A stretch of DNA of 60,480 nt, filler included, from Hausera hauseri (taxonomy: Eukaryota), in the NCBI GenBank assembly GCA_046269625.1. It is 10 parts of 10 records of this genome, joined end to end, with 100 filler letters (N's around TTAATTAATTAA, not from the genome) between each part and the next. Parts side by side here need not be neighbours in the genome. Positions count along the whole stretch, not along the records: positions 22,916 to 30,789 come from JBJURY010899205.1; positions 30,890 to 35,285 come from JBJURY010602555.1; positions 35,386 to 40,099 come from JBJURY010464467.1; 7 more parts are not named here. One strand, given 5' to 3'. Shown one piece after another: positions 25,301-36,169 of this stretch. How positions within the stretch are numbered: position 1 is the stretch's first letter; every line of letters starts with the position of its first letter. The notes below the pieces were generated by a model. The model was not told the DNA's origin and did no database searches. It saw nothing but the letters and a program-made list of their open reading frames with translations. The position numbers and the translations under genes are program-made.

Positions 25301-27518
25301 TTTTGTCAGTTGTTTTGCAGGTCGGTTCATGGTTATATGGTGTAATGTTTTCGTCATAACCCTTTTTATTTGTAATACCTGATACATGGGATAAATTGCT
25401 CTGTGTTTCAAATATTGAGAAGCTGACGGATTCGCCATCACTTGCTCGTTATAGACTCGTCCGTACTCTGCTAAATCCAGTTGCGGTAAATCTGTTACCA
25501 ACCTCTGTTTGTATTTCTGTTTTCGTGGTTTCAATGAAAGACTTTTCCATCTCTTTATATATTTATCGCTTTTTGGCTTAATCTCAGGATCATCATCATC
25601 ATCGTTTTTGTCATTTATATTACTATATAGGGAATTCTTTTCATTTCTTTCTTTAAACATTTTCTTTTTCCATTGAGCATCATGTTTCGCTAGAAAACAA
25701 CTAGCTACGGCCGGTATTACTGCTATCAAAATCTTCCAAGAACAACCTACTGCTGCATGTATGCCATAAGCCTTACTGAGAGCAGTGAATATCGTTCGTA
25801 TCGCACCAATAATAAAATATATTGCGAGAAATCCTGAGGCCTCTTGGCCAAAATGAAGAAGTTTTCCCACATCTTTTCCATGACATTCTGTGTAACTTTC
25901 TCTAAATAATCTTTTCCCATCAGTTTTCCCATTGTGGTGAACCTTCACCGTCCCACGTCACCCTTGTTAATTCCGTTATTACTCTTTCTCTTTGTTGAGG
26001 AAATAACAGCATTCGTCGATAATCTTCTAAGTTCTGTTGTGTGTATATTCCTCCTTGAGATATCCCCGTAAGTGGTTCGAATTTCTGATTCCTTTGTAAA
26101 TTTATCAAACTTAACATTTCTGGTTTCGATACTGTTTCTCTTTTAGGCATCCTGATCCACGTCTTTTCATCTAGTTTGAACATGGGTGCCATGTTAAAGG
26201 TGCAGTTATCCAGCCGAACTGGTTTTACGTTGATATCTAATAATATCATAGTTACGGGCATAATATATCTAGGCTCGGTATGATAAATCATTGGTAACTC
26301 CGACGTGCATTCTTCCGTTGGGATTATCATAACCTCCACCTTTTTACATTAAATAGTTATGAGTACTTCACCCATTACTCTTTCGATTACTCCGTCTCCA
26401 AATGGCATTACTGGTGCTACCATATCAGGATTTGTTATTACTAACGCCATTTTGTTTCGTATAATTTCATAGTTCAACTTGAACTCGTTTATTATTATTT
26501 CCCTATATAAACTTCTAATTTCTCTTCTAACATAATTGATCAAAAAGTCAATATTGTTATCAAAATACTGCGTTATCTTTATATCCTTTTTATCTATCTT
26601 TGTTTTTGCTTGTACTATCTCTTTTGGTGAGAGATAGATACCTTTATAGTCTTAAATATTTCTTCATCGCACTTATTTACCGTTCCTGTAATTTTAAATC
26701 GCATGATCTCTTCGGGATTTTCCGAGTATACTACCGTTGCAACTTCCGTCATTTTTAGTTTTTTAATTCCCTCTTTATATGTTGTTGTTTCTCTCGGCTG
26801 TTTTTCCACTGTCTTATTAAATTTTCCTTCTTTTAGCAAGGTCAAATGACATATATTTGAAGTTACTTCCTACGTCACTTTGGATTCGCCAGTATCGCAT
26901 TCGCCAATTTCATATTCTCTCTCGCTCATTGTCGTCATGAGTTTGGTCTGTGAGTCGAATAATCCTTCGTATTCCTTTAATTGAATTTGATAATCTTGAA
27001 TCGCCACTGTTCTTGGTGCTATCGTTCCTCCTACATCGTAATATACCTCTTCAGGTGCCTTTCCTCGTTTTATCTATTCTTCCGGCTCTGAAGATTTGTG
27101 TATATTTTATCTTATTCCGTACTTCTGGTATTTGTGCATTTTGCATCGTTATAACTCAAATTTTAAAGGCATCTTGACATTCAGCACGTGATATTATTAT
27201 TGACTCGAACGGTGTTGTTGGTTCCACTATGACCGAGTTTACCGAATAGTATGCACAATTAAACAGGAAGAAAGATTTCTTGACGTAACATTCCCTGATC
27301 TTTACTTTTCTAAATTCAGACTCTTGGTAAATCCAATATCTATGACCGCTTGTCGTTGTTAGTTGTTCTGGGTCAGCTTCGGGGCATTTTTCTAAATCAA
27401 CTAAGGAATACTTCTGTCCTTCCTTAGGTTTCGAGCAATCGTATGCTACTATTCCCATTGCCTTCGGCATCAGCAACGATGTTATTAAAATTAATTGGAA
27501 GATCTCCATCATCGTCAT
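25280..27518 (-). pseudogene. env: Chuvirus-like (class III, gB-related) envelope glycoprotein
   Basis: Signal IFQLILITSLLMPKAMG, then IVAYDC..YSLVDLEKC..VKIREC..NC. Later blocks: ALVITNPD..VMGEVL..CKKVEV..EECTSELP, CTFNMAPMFKL..W, GGIYTQQNLEDYRRMLLFP, and a TM region FGQEASGFLAIYFII..YGIHAAVGCSWKILIA. The order matches chuviral G. Confidence 0.85.
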
Positions 27519-27593
27519 TCCCGTTATGCCTTATTTTAGTGTAGAGGTATTAGATTGTGCGGCGGTTTCTGCTGGTCCTCTATATCCTTTTGT

Positions 27594-28050
27594 TCATACA
27601 TTTTTCGTAAGACTTGCCAACCACCCGCCTCTACATTGGATCCAACTTTCTAGCCTATCCCTTAAAACTTTAATAGCTACTTTAATATTTCGTTCAATCT
27701 CTTCTAGGTTTTGGGTCTGATAATTAACTACGATCACTTTATATAGTAGGTAAGCTATGGATGTATGTTCTTTTTCACGCGTAATTCCTGTTGCGAACAT
27801 TTTTTCTAATATATTTTGCTCATGCAGTTCATTGATTCTTTTATCGTTGGTATTTTCATAAAATTACCTACTAATTCTTAACATATTACTCCGTAAGTTT
27901 TGAAAAAATTCCTCAGTGATCGTTACCTGCATGTCAAAAGATGCAAATGATGTGTGTAACTTTGCTAATAGCGTTATTAGTAATGGATCTATATCTACGT
28001 ACTCTGGAGATGGGTCTGTTCCTGCTAATAGCAGTCGCCGTACTATTTAT
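27594..28050 (-). pseudogene. Bcl-2-like domain (BH3/BH1/BH2) within the retroelement reading frame
   Basis: In one frame: LRSNMLRISR*FYE (BH3-like), ILEKMFATGITREK (BH1-like, cf. LFSAGITWGK), LRDRLESWIQCRGGWLA (BH2, cf. LHTWIQDNGGWD, 27621-27644). Confidence 0.65.
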
Positions 28051-28229
28051 TTGTTCCTATCTCGCCTATTCCGAATGTCACTTATCTATGTTCCTGTGAG
28101 TCTTTCCCTTCTTCTTGCCTTCGTCTGTACTGTGACATCCTGCGTATCACCTACAGGGTGCTGTTCTATGTCTTGGGATTCCATTTCCCTTATTATATTT
28201 CCTACTGTTTCCTCGGCTCTTGCATCTGC

Positions 28230-28463
28230 ATGTATTTCCGTTATCGTAATTGGGTTATACATTTCACTTTTACATCCGACTCTTAATAGATTATCGTAAC
28301 TGTATAATGTTCTGCCGTAGAAACTTAAAAAATGTGTCTTTTCTTTATAGAAGGGCTCTAGTTCCCCAATCTTTTCCCGTAATGTTAGTATATCATCTGT
28401 CTTATTCATCCTTATAACTCTCACATCTTGATTTCCTTCCCGCAATGTTATCCTTACCGTCAT
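28230..28463 (-). CDS. Ubiquitin-like domain within ORF 28086-29240 (Gag extension)
   Basis: VRITLRE-VRVIRM-NKTDDILTLREKIGELE-FLSFYGRTL-DNLLRVGCKSE aligns to ubiquitin (EPSDTIENVKAKIQDKE, RLIFAGKQL, RTLSDYNIQKE). No C-terminal GG. Confidence 0.65.
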
Positions 28464-29215
28464 ATTTCTTCCTTTTTCATCTTCGGCTGCTTTAGCTAGC
28501 ACTGTGCGCACTATTTCTCTCACTGGACTCGTATCGTGGGCAAGTAGTAATAGTTGAAACAAAATCTCGTCCAGTTTCTGTGTCGATATTTTGTTATAAA
28601 TTAACTTAAATATTGTAGTAGTTGTCCTATCTACGTCAACTATGTTTTCCAGATCAACTGTCATTTCTGATTGAATAATGTTATCCTCCTTGTCCATATC
28701 TACACCCGTGCCTCGTATCACTTGTTCCAATATTGTTTCGTCAAATACTTTCACAGTTTGGTCTTCCTCTGTTTCTGTTGCAGATGTGCTTAGGCTACTC
28801 TTGGGTGTACTGAGATTACTCGTCCTTCGTCCTTTCTTTTCTTTTTCCTTTTCTAGTTCACTACTATCTACGGAGGTTTCTCTTGATTCGATATCATCAG
28901 TTATTTTTTGATTACTTTTCTTTCCTCCTTGTCGTGGTTTTCTGCCTTTTGTTTTCTCTTCCACTACATAAATACTATTTTCCTTTAATCTCTTCTGCTG
29001 AGTTTTATAATCTTTTAGCTCCATGTGTAACTGAGTTAACATACGTTGAGATAATATATCATTAACATAATTTACGCTTTCCTTCTTATTCTTCCTTTCA
29101 TGTTCAATATTACTTTCTTCTGTTTCATACTTTTGATCGGATGACTCGTCCGCCGTGGCTGACCTATAGTCCTTTTTATTTTGCTTATAAGGCTTTGAGG
29201 ATTCTCTTTTACGTG

Positions 29216-30045
29216 ATTTGCATGGTTTTGCTGTGACCATATTTGTTACAATTAAAACATTTTAACCTTCCTTCAGCATCTATATTAGGTAATTTTCTTT
29301 TATATTTTAGGGAAGACTTCTTTTTACTCCTTGCTTTTTCATAATCGTTCTTTAATTTAAACCTAACCTTCTTTTCCACATCAGATTCTGCTTTTGTAGC
29401 CGACGTATGGGATGGACTTCTGTTTCTGTCATAACGTTTGTATTTTTGCGTATTATCATTCTTTTATTTATCGTAATTACTATAACTTTTAGGTTTGTTC
29501 CATCTATATAATTTAGCACCCCGTTCGGCTTTTCCCGCCGTCCTTATAATGTCTTAAAACGTAAGTAGATCTGTTTGCAAGATTATCGTTCGTAACTTTT
29601 CTTCCAACCCATATTGGAATTGGGTTAATAATGCATTATTTCTTATTGTAACATAAGAATATGCTATGACTGCTAACTTCTCCAATGTACAGACAAAATC
29701 TTGGACTGATTCATCTTTGCGTTGCCTCCTTCTTATATATTGTTCTATTCTCGCCTTTCCAGAGGTATCTATCAAGAATTTCAGAGGCAGTTTTTCTTTT
29801 ATTCCTTTTCAATCCTTCTTATCCTCGTCGGGAATTTGGAAATAAATTGTCAAAGCAGTCCCCTTTAAGTGAAGAGGCACTATTTCTGTTCGTTGTTGGT
29901 CCTCCAACCAAAACTCTGAGTCCACTTCATACTCCATAATAAAATCTTGCACATCCTCCTTACCTGAGGACTTCTTCATCGGCAAGGTGACGTCAGCTTT
30001 TGACTGAATCACCTGCTCTACTATATTAGCGTTCTGATTTGCCAT
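29216..30045 (-). pseudogene. gag: Gypsy Gag (capsid plus CCHC zinc knuckle)
   Basis: SGKEDVQDFIMEYE..W..VPLHLKGTALTIY, RRQRKDESVQDFVCTLEKLA..LLTQFQYGL, KCFNCNKYGH/xAKPC (the knuckle is split by a frameshift at about 29232). Confidence 0.88.
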
Positions 30046-30789
30046 TTCTTCTTCGCTTAGATTATTTAAAAACTCTAGTCCAAAAGGTTGTTCTTCTGTA
30101 TTACGATTTATCTGATACTGGGTACATCTTCTTGTCGTAATTTTGAGTTCTTCTTTTTGTCTGGTTCTCTAAAGTGAATTTTTATCCCTGAATTTTAACC
30201 AACCATGACGAAATACACGCATTTACCACTACTATAATACAAGACATCATATATTATTAACTTTTGTATAGTTGTTTAATAAAAGTATTTTTGTTAAAAG
30301 TTTTACCAAGTTTCATAAAGCTTTGTCAAGGTTCAATGCAACAGAAACTTTATTGGTCAGAACTATTTATGGAAACGAATTCTACTGTAAATAGTCAGAG
30401 GGATGCAAAATATAATGCTGATTAATTTCGAACAAATGATAATTCGCAACTAGCCATATGAACTTCGATTAAATTTTGTTCAGTTCCCGTTAATTATGCT
30501 TGGAGAGAGACTTTTATTTATTGACTTAATCGCATTAATGGGTTGAACAATGGAATACCCAATATTGTACTTGCGTATATGTAGATATTCAGACAGGTAA
30601 ATTCGTTACCTAGCCTTATCCTATAAGGTAATATGTCGGAGTCGTCTGCCAACGAGGCTTAATTACGCGTTAATTACTAATTATTTGGCACTCTTTAAAT
30701 TATACGGGCTGTCGTCAGGTAGGTTCGACCTGGTCGGCAATTTTTCCAAATTACTCAAGTTCTTTATTCAGTTACTTATGTTACTTAGA

Positions 30790-30889
30790 NNNNNNNNNNN
30801 NNNNNNNNNNNNNNNNNNNNNNNNNNNNNNNNNTTAATTAATTAANNNNNNNNNNNNNNNNNNNNNNNNNNNNNNNNNNNNNNNNNNNN
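30790..30889. other. Artificial contig linker
   Basis: N44-TTAATTAATTAA-N44. Confidence 0.98.
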
Positions 30890-30906
30890 AGAATTCTTAG
30901 CTAAAA

Positions 30907-32247
30907 ATGAAAATGTTATTTTATTTCATGTCAATTTTATTTGATTGTTCAATTTGTTTACAACCAATCAGTGAGTCCGATATTGGACTAATTGAATCAT
31001 GTGGTCATTATTTTTGTCTGGATTGTATTTGTGAATGGTTATCAAAAAATCAGACATGCCCACACGACCGTAACCCTGTAGATAACATATCATGTGTCAA
31101 TAATCGAAATAAACGACTGTGGGTAAAACCAATAAGTTATGCCTTAATCGAACGAATATCATGGTACATATATACATTTCTCAAGGATTTGATCGAAACT
31201 GCAATGCAGATCGGCGAGTCAACATCAAAAATGATTCACACCTTTAACGAATTAGAAGAAAATCTCAAAAAATGTCAACCATTGGGTGAAATAGAACAGT
31301 CAATAAAAAATACAGATGTAACTATGAGAATTATACTCAAACATTGTGAATCCATAATCGATCATTTTAACACAAAAACCGTCGTCATAGCAACACAATT
31401 TATTGAGAATTTCAATCTTCCATTCGAAACTGTAACCAATCCAATCCCGTCATCATTGGAGGCATTGAAGAAGTGTGTAATGAGCATATGGACGTTAATC
31501 AATACATTTGGATCGATGAATTTGAGTCAAATTTTCCCATCATGTAATATGGTGAAGGATGTTTTAGTCGAATGTCGAAATCATTTGAAAATGAATGAAA
31601 ATTTGATGAGACAATTGCTGCACAAAATTTTATCCGAAATTGACTGTAACGGTTCATTTCAACTACCAGAAACAGCCAATCAATGTCATTTCTGTGATGG
31701 AATTAACAAAGGATCATTGCAGAATTATGTTCAATTACTTTGTGAACAATGTCATGAATAATTAGTCAAATATGATGAAATTAGTCAAACGAGTTATTCG
31801 ATGAAAGCAATTGAAATTTGTTCACAAAATAGTTCATGTTGTTCTGTGGATAATTTGAAGAAGATTCGTAAAATTGATAAATCATTAGTAGAAGATAAAA
31901 ATGACATCCAATTCAAACAAGTCCTTATCAAACCGAAAAGTTCGTTAGTTCAAACATGTCAAGAGTATTTAAAAAATTTATTCAAATTAAACTCGTTCGT
32001 GTCTCTCATTTCTGTGGATATTGAACGATTTCCCGATCGACACCAAATTTCAGATTCTTTCCGGAATTTTCTGATCTATACTGAGAAAACATTGGAGAAA
32101 TTTCTGGACTTTCATGTTGGTATTTTGAGGAGAGAACCAATTGTCATTGGTGATATTTGTGACTGGATTGATTCGATTTGTCAATTGTGTAATGACATCA
32201 AAGATACGAATGAAGGTATTGTCTTTATGAGCAATGAAATTCGGTAG
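30907..32247 (+). pseudogene. RING-finger protein (PHRF1/SCAF11-type RING) with an in-frame stop at 31759
   Basis: CSICLQP..ESCGHYFCLDCICEW..QTCPHDR, followed by a helical region and CHFC..LLCEQC. ORF 31801-32247 is in the same frame. Confidence 0.7.
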
Positions 32248-32502
32248 GCTTGCAGCTCGTTGAAAAAACAAAATTTCAAAAAATTCTGGTAGCCAATGAA
32301 AAATGTCAAACAAGGATTCATTTGTAAATTAAATAAACAAAAACATTTTCATAGTTTTATTCTAAATACAATTTCTATTACATTTGAAAATCAATAAATT
32401 TGAATTGATTTGTAAAGCATTGGAGTAATGGAGCAGCAAAAATAAATAATAAGCGAAACTATTATTTATTTTTAATTTGTTAAATATTGGATAAAAAATA
32501 AA

Positions 32503-35140
32503 AGTAGTGTGAATATGGCGGTTCTGCCCCATCCCCGGGGGGGTGCAAATCGATATTGCACATGTGCCAATCGATAGTGTACACGGTGCACTATCGATTT
32601 ATATAGTGCCGCTAGGCACCGTTGATATGCACATTTTTGCACTTTTCACATATCGATCGTTGCACAGTGCAGTATTAATCGAATCGATTGGGACAAAGTG
32701 GCAATCGATGGAGCACATCGAGATGCATCGATTGGTGCACTGTGCATGTGTGCAGCATAAGTGCAAGTGTGCAGAAATCAATAATATTGGATCTATGATA
32801 TTTCAAAAATAGATGATTAGCACTCGTGATCGGGTGCACTCGGTAGCACACATGACTGGCCATGTGAATGTGCAGTTAGAATTTAAATTTATCGATTAGT
32901 TATCAAATAATGTCGATCGAAATTGCAAATTGGTCATACGTTCAACATGTTTTTTAAGCTTAGGGTAGCAAAATTCAAACCAACATTGAGCGGGGACAGA
33001 TAGGAAATCCACAATGCCGAACTCGAATCTCGAGTCGAAAACTCAAAATTCGAATTTTTCGAGTTCGAAAATCGAAGTTCGAACAATTAAAAAAATCTGA
33101 CGATGGGAATCGATTCCTCATATTCGAAAACCCCCATGTGCATAAAAATTATTCCATGAAAATGTACTATATATGCATAAAATCAATATTGTGAAATAAA
33201 CAAAATGTGCGTTTGAAGCCCATTGGAGGGGAAACTGATAACTCTAATAGCGGGACTGGATAGGAAGTCATGTATGTTGAGCAGGAATATGTTGTTAGAT
33301 GATGGAATTCGAGCTTACAAGTCAAATATTTAGCTATTCAAACTCGAAAACTCGGTCACGTGAGCATTATTCGAAGAATCTAATGACGGTATTCGATTCC
33401 CCATGGTCGAAAACTTATATAGCAAACAATACAAGTGCGGTGCAGTGCTATGCAGTGTATAAAAACAAGGTATTTACGAATCAGCTAAAAGTTCTTATTA
33501 AATGCAAAGTCATTTATATATTGATTAAGGAATAGAGGTGATTTTGAAGGTGAATCACATTAAAATCGATAAATCTTTAAGCGCACATGGATAGGAAAGC
33601 CTATGTGGAGAATCTGAATATGATGTTAGATATTCGAAAACATTATTCGAACTAGAAGAAATATCGAATCGAACTCGAATATTCGATCAAGCAAGCAATA
33701 TTCAAAGAATATGATGACGGTATTCAAATCCCCATGGTCGAAAACTGAATATTTCGCCGCAATACATTTAAATCATTTGATTCATTAAAACAAACGAATA
33801 ATATTGATAATACAACATGTTGGCAACAATATGCGGTGACAAATGTACCCCACCATTCAAATGATTTCCATACATGTGTTTTTGTTTTGTTACATCAAAT
33901 ATCAAAATTAGACAGTGCATGCTGACATAGCTATATTTTTCATCATTTCCAAATTCACTTCTAAAATCACTTCCGAGAATGGTAAGTTTTTTCTTATTTT
34001 TGTCTTTATTAAATAATTGCTTTTTTTTAGATGTGCAAACTGTATCAAGAATGTCTGGCTCCAATTTATGAGCCAGAAACCTGCCATAGTACCATGATGA
34101 AATACTATGGCCACATGTTTAACAGAATCCAATATTATATATGCCCTATATGTGAGGTAGGGTGCAGGACAGGGTACGAGGAATTCTACAATGTACATAA
34201 ACGACACTTGATATTGTTCGTCAAATCGAAAAAAGAAATATTCTATAACAATATGCCAACAACGTCTATTATGTCAAAAGAAAACCAAAGGTGCAGTTCA
34301 TATATGTATTGCACATGTACAATACATAGCCCCGAGAATTGCCACAATACCATGAGGATGTATTATGGCCACAAATTCAATCGGATCCTTTATTATATAT
34401 GCCCAGGATGTGAGACTGTATGTAATGGCGACTACATGCAGCTCTATGAGGATCATAAGCAACATCTGACTGACTTTGCATCAAAGTCCAAGAAGATCAT
34501 ATTTAATGAGCATAAACCAGTTGCACAGTCCGCAGTACAGCTCGCAGGACTAAAACGCCCATAAGGTCCATCAAATGCCTCAGGCTCAACATGTGTAGTG
34601 GCTCCTCCAAAAAGCCAAAGACAGTGGTCAGTTGATGCTTCTGCATTAAAGGATAAAGTCCGCAAATATGTCATTGATGCAGCTGGACAAAGAACCATCA
34701 AGGACTTCCTGGAATATGCAAAGGAAGAAACAGAGGGGATCCTGCAGGAAAATATGACTGAGTTCAAGGCCCTTAAGGTTTATGTGAAACTTGAGGCCAC
34801 ATACGTCAATGTCGATGCTGAAGAATCAAATAGGGTCTTCAAGACCAAAAATAGGCCAATATTGGAAAGCACAAATATACCTGAATGGCTACATGAAAAG
34901 CATACGAAGCTGATCCGTGAAGCCGATGAGAGTCAGGATAAGAAGTGCGGATGGGCTCTGGCAACAATAAAGAGACTGCTTATATATGTACACAGATACT
35001 TCCCCATGCGAGGCAGTTCATATATCCAACTTCCGGAATGGATCACTAATAAAAAGGTATGTGTCAATGTCCAAAATAATAATGACAACATGTGCTTTAT
35101 GTATGCCATTTTATGTAAACTTGTAACGGATCAAAAGCAT
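32503..35140 (+). mobile_element. Polinton/adintovirus end: terminal repeat plus pPolB 5' region
   Basis: Starts AGTAGTGTGAATATGGCGGTTC. The first ~1 kb is shared with the copies starting at 7354(-) and 42166(+). A pPolB N-terminus follows. Confidence 0.85.
34031..35140 (+). pseudogene. polB: Protein-primed DNA polymerase B N-terminal region with a duplicated Cys/His domain, truncated
   Basis: ORFs 34031 and 34598 are in the same frame, separated by one TAA. CGWALATIKRLLIYVHRYFPMRGSSYIQLPEWITNKKVCVNVQNNNDNMCFMYAIL is the characteristic GSGW..PLRGSSY..LP..KK..N..N.D..CF block of Polinton pPolB. Confidence 0.85.
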
Positions 35141-35285
35141 GCTTGTGGTGCCCACATTGCCCCACACAAAAGTAGCAGTATTGCTTTTACGTCACGACTT
35201 TGTCATACCGGAGTAGTAGGATAGGAGTGCATGGCGCCAAGCCCCCCCCCCGCGGAAAGAAAGCATTAAGCGTGGGAAAATTTTT

Positions 35286-35385
35286 NNNNNNNNNNNNNNN
35301 NNNNNNNNNNNNNNNNNNNNNNNNNNNNNTTAATTAATTAANNNNNNNNNNNNNNNNNNNNNNNNNNNNNNNNNNNNNNNNNNNN
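35286..35385. other. Artificial contig linker
   Basis: N44-TTAATTAATTAA-N44. Confidence 0.98.
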
Positions 35386-35459
35386 GGTATCTTGATACCC
35401 CTAGATTGGTTTGGGGGGGGGGGTTGAGCGCCTTCAGTAAAGCATTTATGATCTGATCA

Positions 35460-36140
35460 TTTAGGCATTAATCTGTCGTAGATATTTGTTTCATCTGCAT
35501 TTACATCAATATTACCAAGAAGGTGGTCTGATCTGATTTTGTGATCTTGACTTTTGGCTCTGGCATATACACTTTATTCTTTTTCTGAAAAATAACAAAT
35601 AGTATGGGCAAGTGAACGCTTACGATATCTTCCAGTACCCTCCATTCATAATGATCGATAAGATCTCCAACACTAATGTTAAGACTGGCCGACTGCTTGT
35701 CCCACTTGCTTATGGAGAAGGGTTGGAGAAAGTCCCTGTTTTGGAGAATGGTGAGATTGGAGCTATTGCATAGATCTTCAATTGTTTGGCCTGAAGTATT
35801 GGTATCTTGATATCCTCAGATTAAAATCTCCTGCTTTGACCGTTTTTCTGAAACTGGTTTCATTGAAGAAAATTCCACTTGTTTCTCGGGGCGGGGACGG
35901 GGGGAGTTATATACGTTGACAATTTGGAGTGTCATGTTATTTACCCAAGCCTCCACTCGCTGGATAATTGGTATGAATGTTTTCAGTTTCTGTTTGAACT
36001 TTATTCCTTACCGGAGTCATAATCCCATGAAACCTGGTTTTGACAGATAGATTGTGTAGCCTGGTATATTCCCAGCTTCATCGTTACGAACTGGTGCCAA
36101 AATTGCATCCTTTTCCTCATCTATGTCAACGATCTGTCGG
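35460..36140 (-). mobile_element. Non-LTR retrotransposon APE endonuclease remnant
   Basis: Minus-strand IPGYTIY, TLQIVNVYNSP, EVLEDIVSVHLPILF (~GSDHLPI). Heavily degraded. Confidence 0.5.
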
Positions 36141-36169
36141 ACTATATTAATGTCCCAATGCATTGTTTG

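Larger units (their letters stand above)
22916..30045 (-). mobile_element. Decayed Ty3/Gypsy LTR retroelement with order gag-Ubl-Bcl2-like-glycoprotein-PR-RT-RH
   Basis: All parts are co-oriented and contiguous with no non-coding spacers (see sub-features). Integrase lies beyond the contig end. Confidence 0.85.

Noticed and set aside
30100-30789. 5' LTR and PBS of the Gag-Ubl-Bcl2-Env element
   Set aside because: The location is plausible, but there is no second LTR to compare and I could not identify a convincing PBS.
33020-33100. TTCGAA clusters as heat-shock elements
   Set aside because: The spacing is TTCGAA rather than repeated nGAAnnTTCn units.
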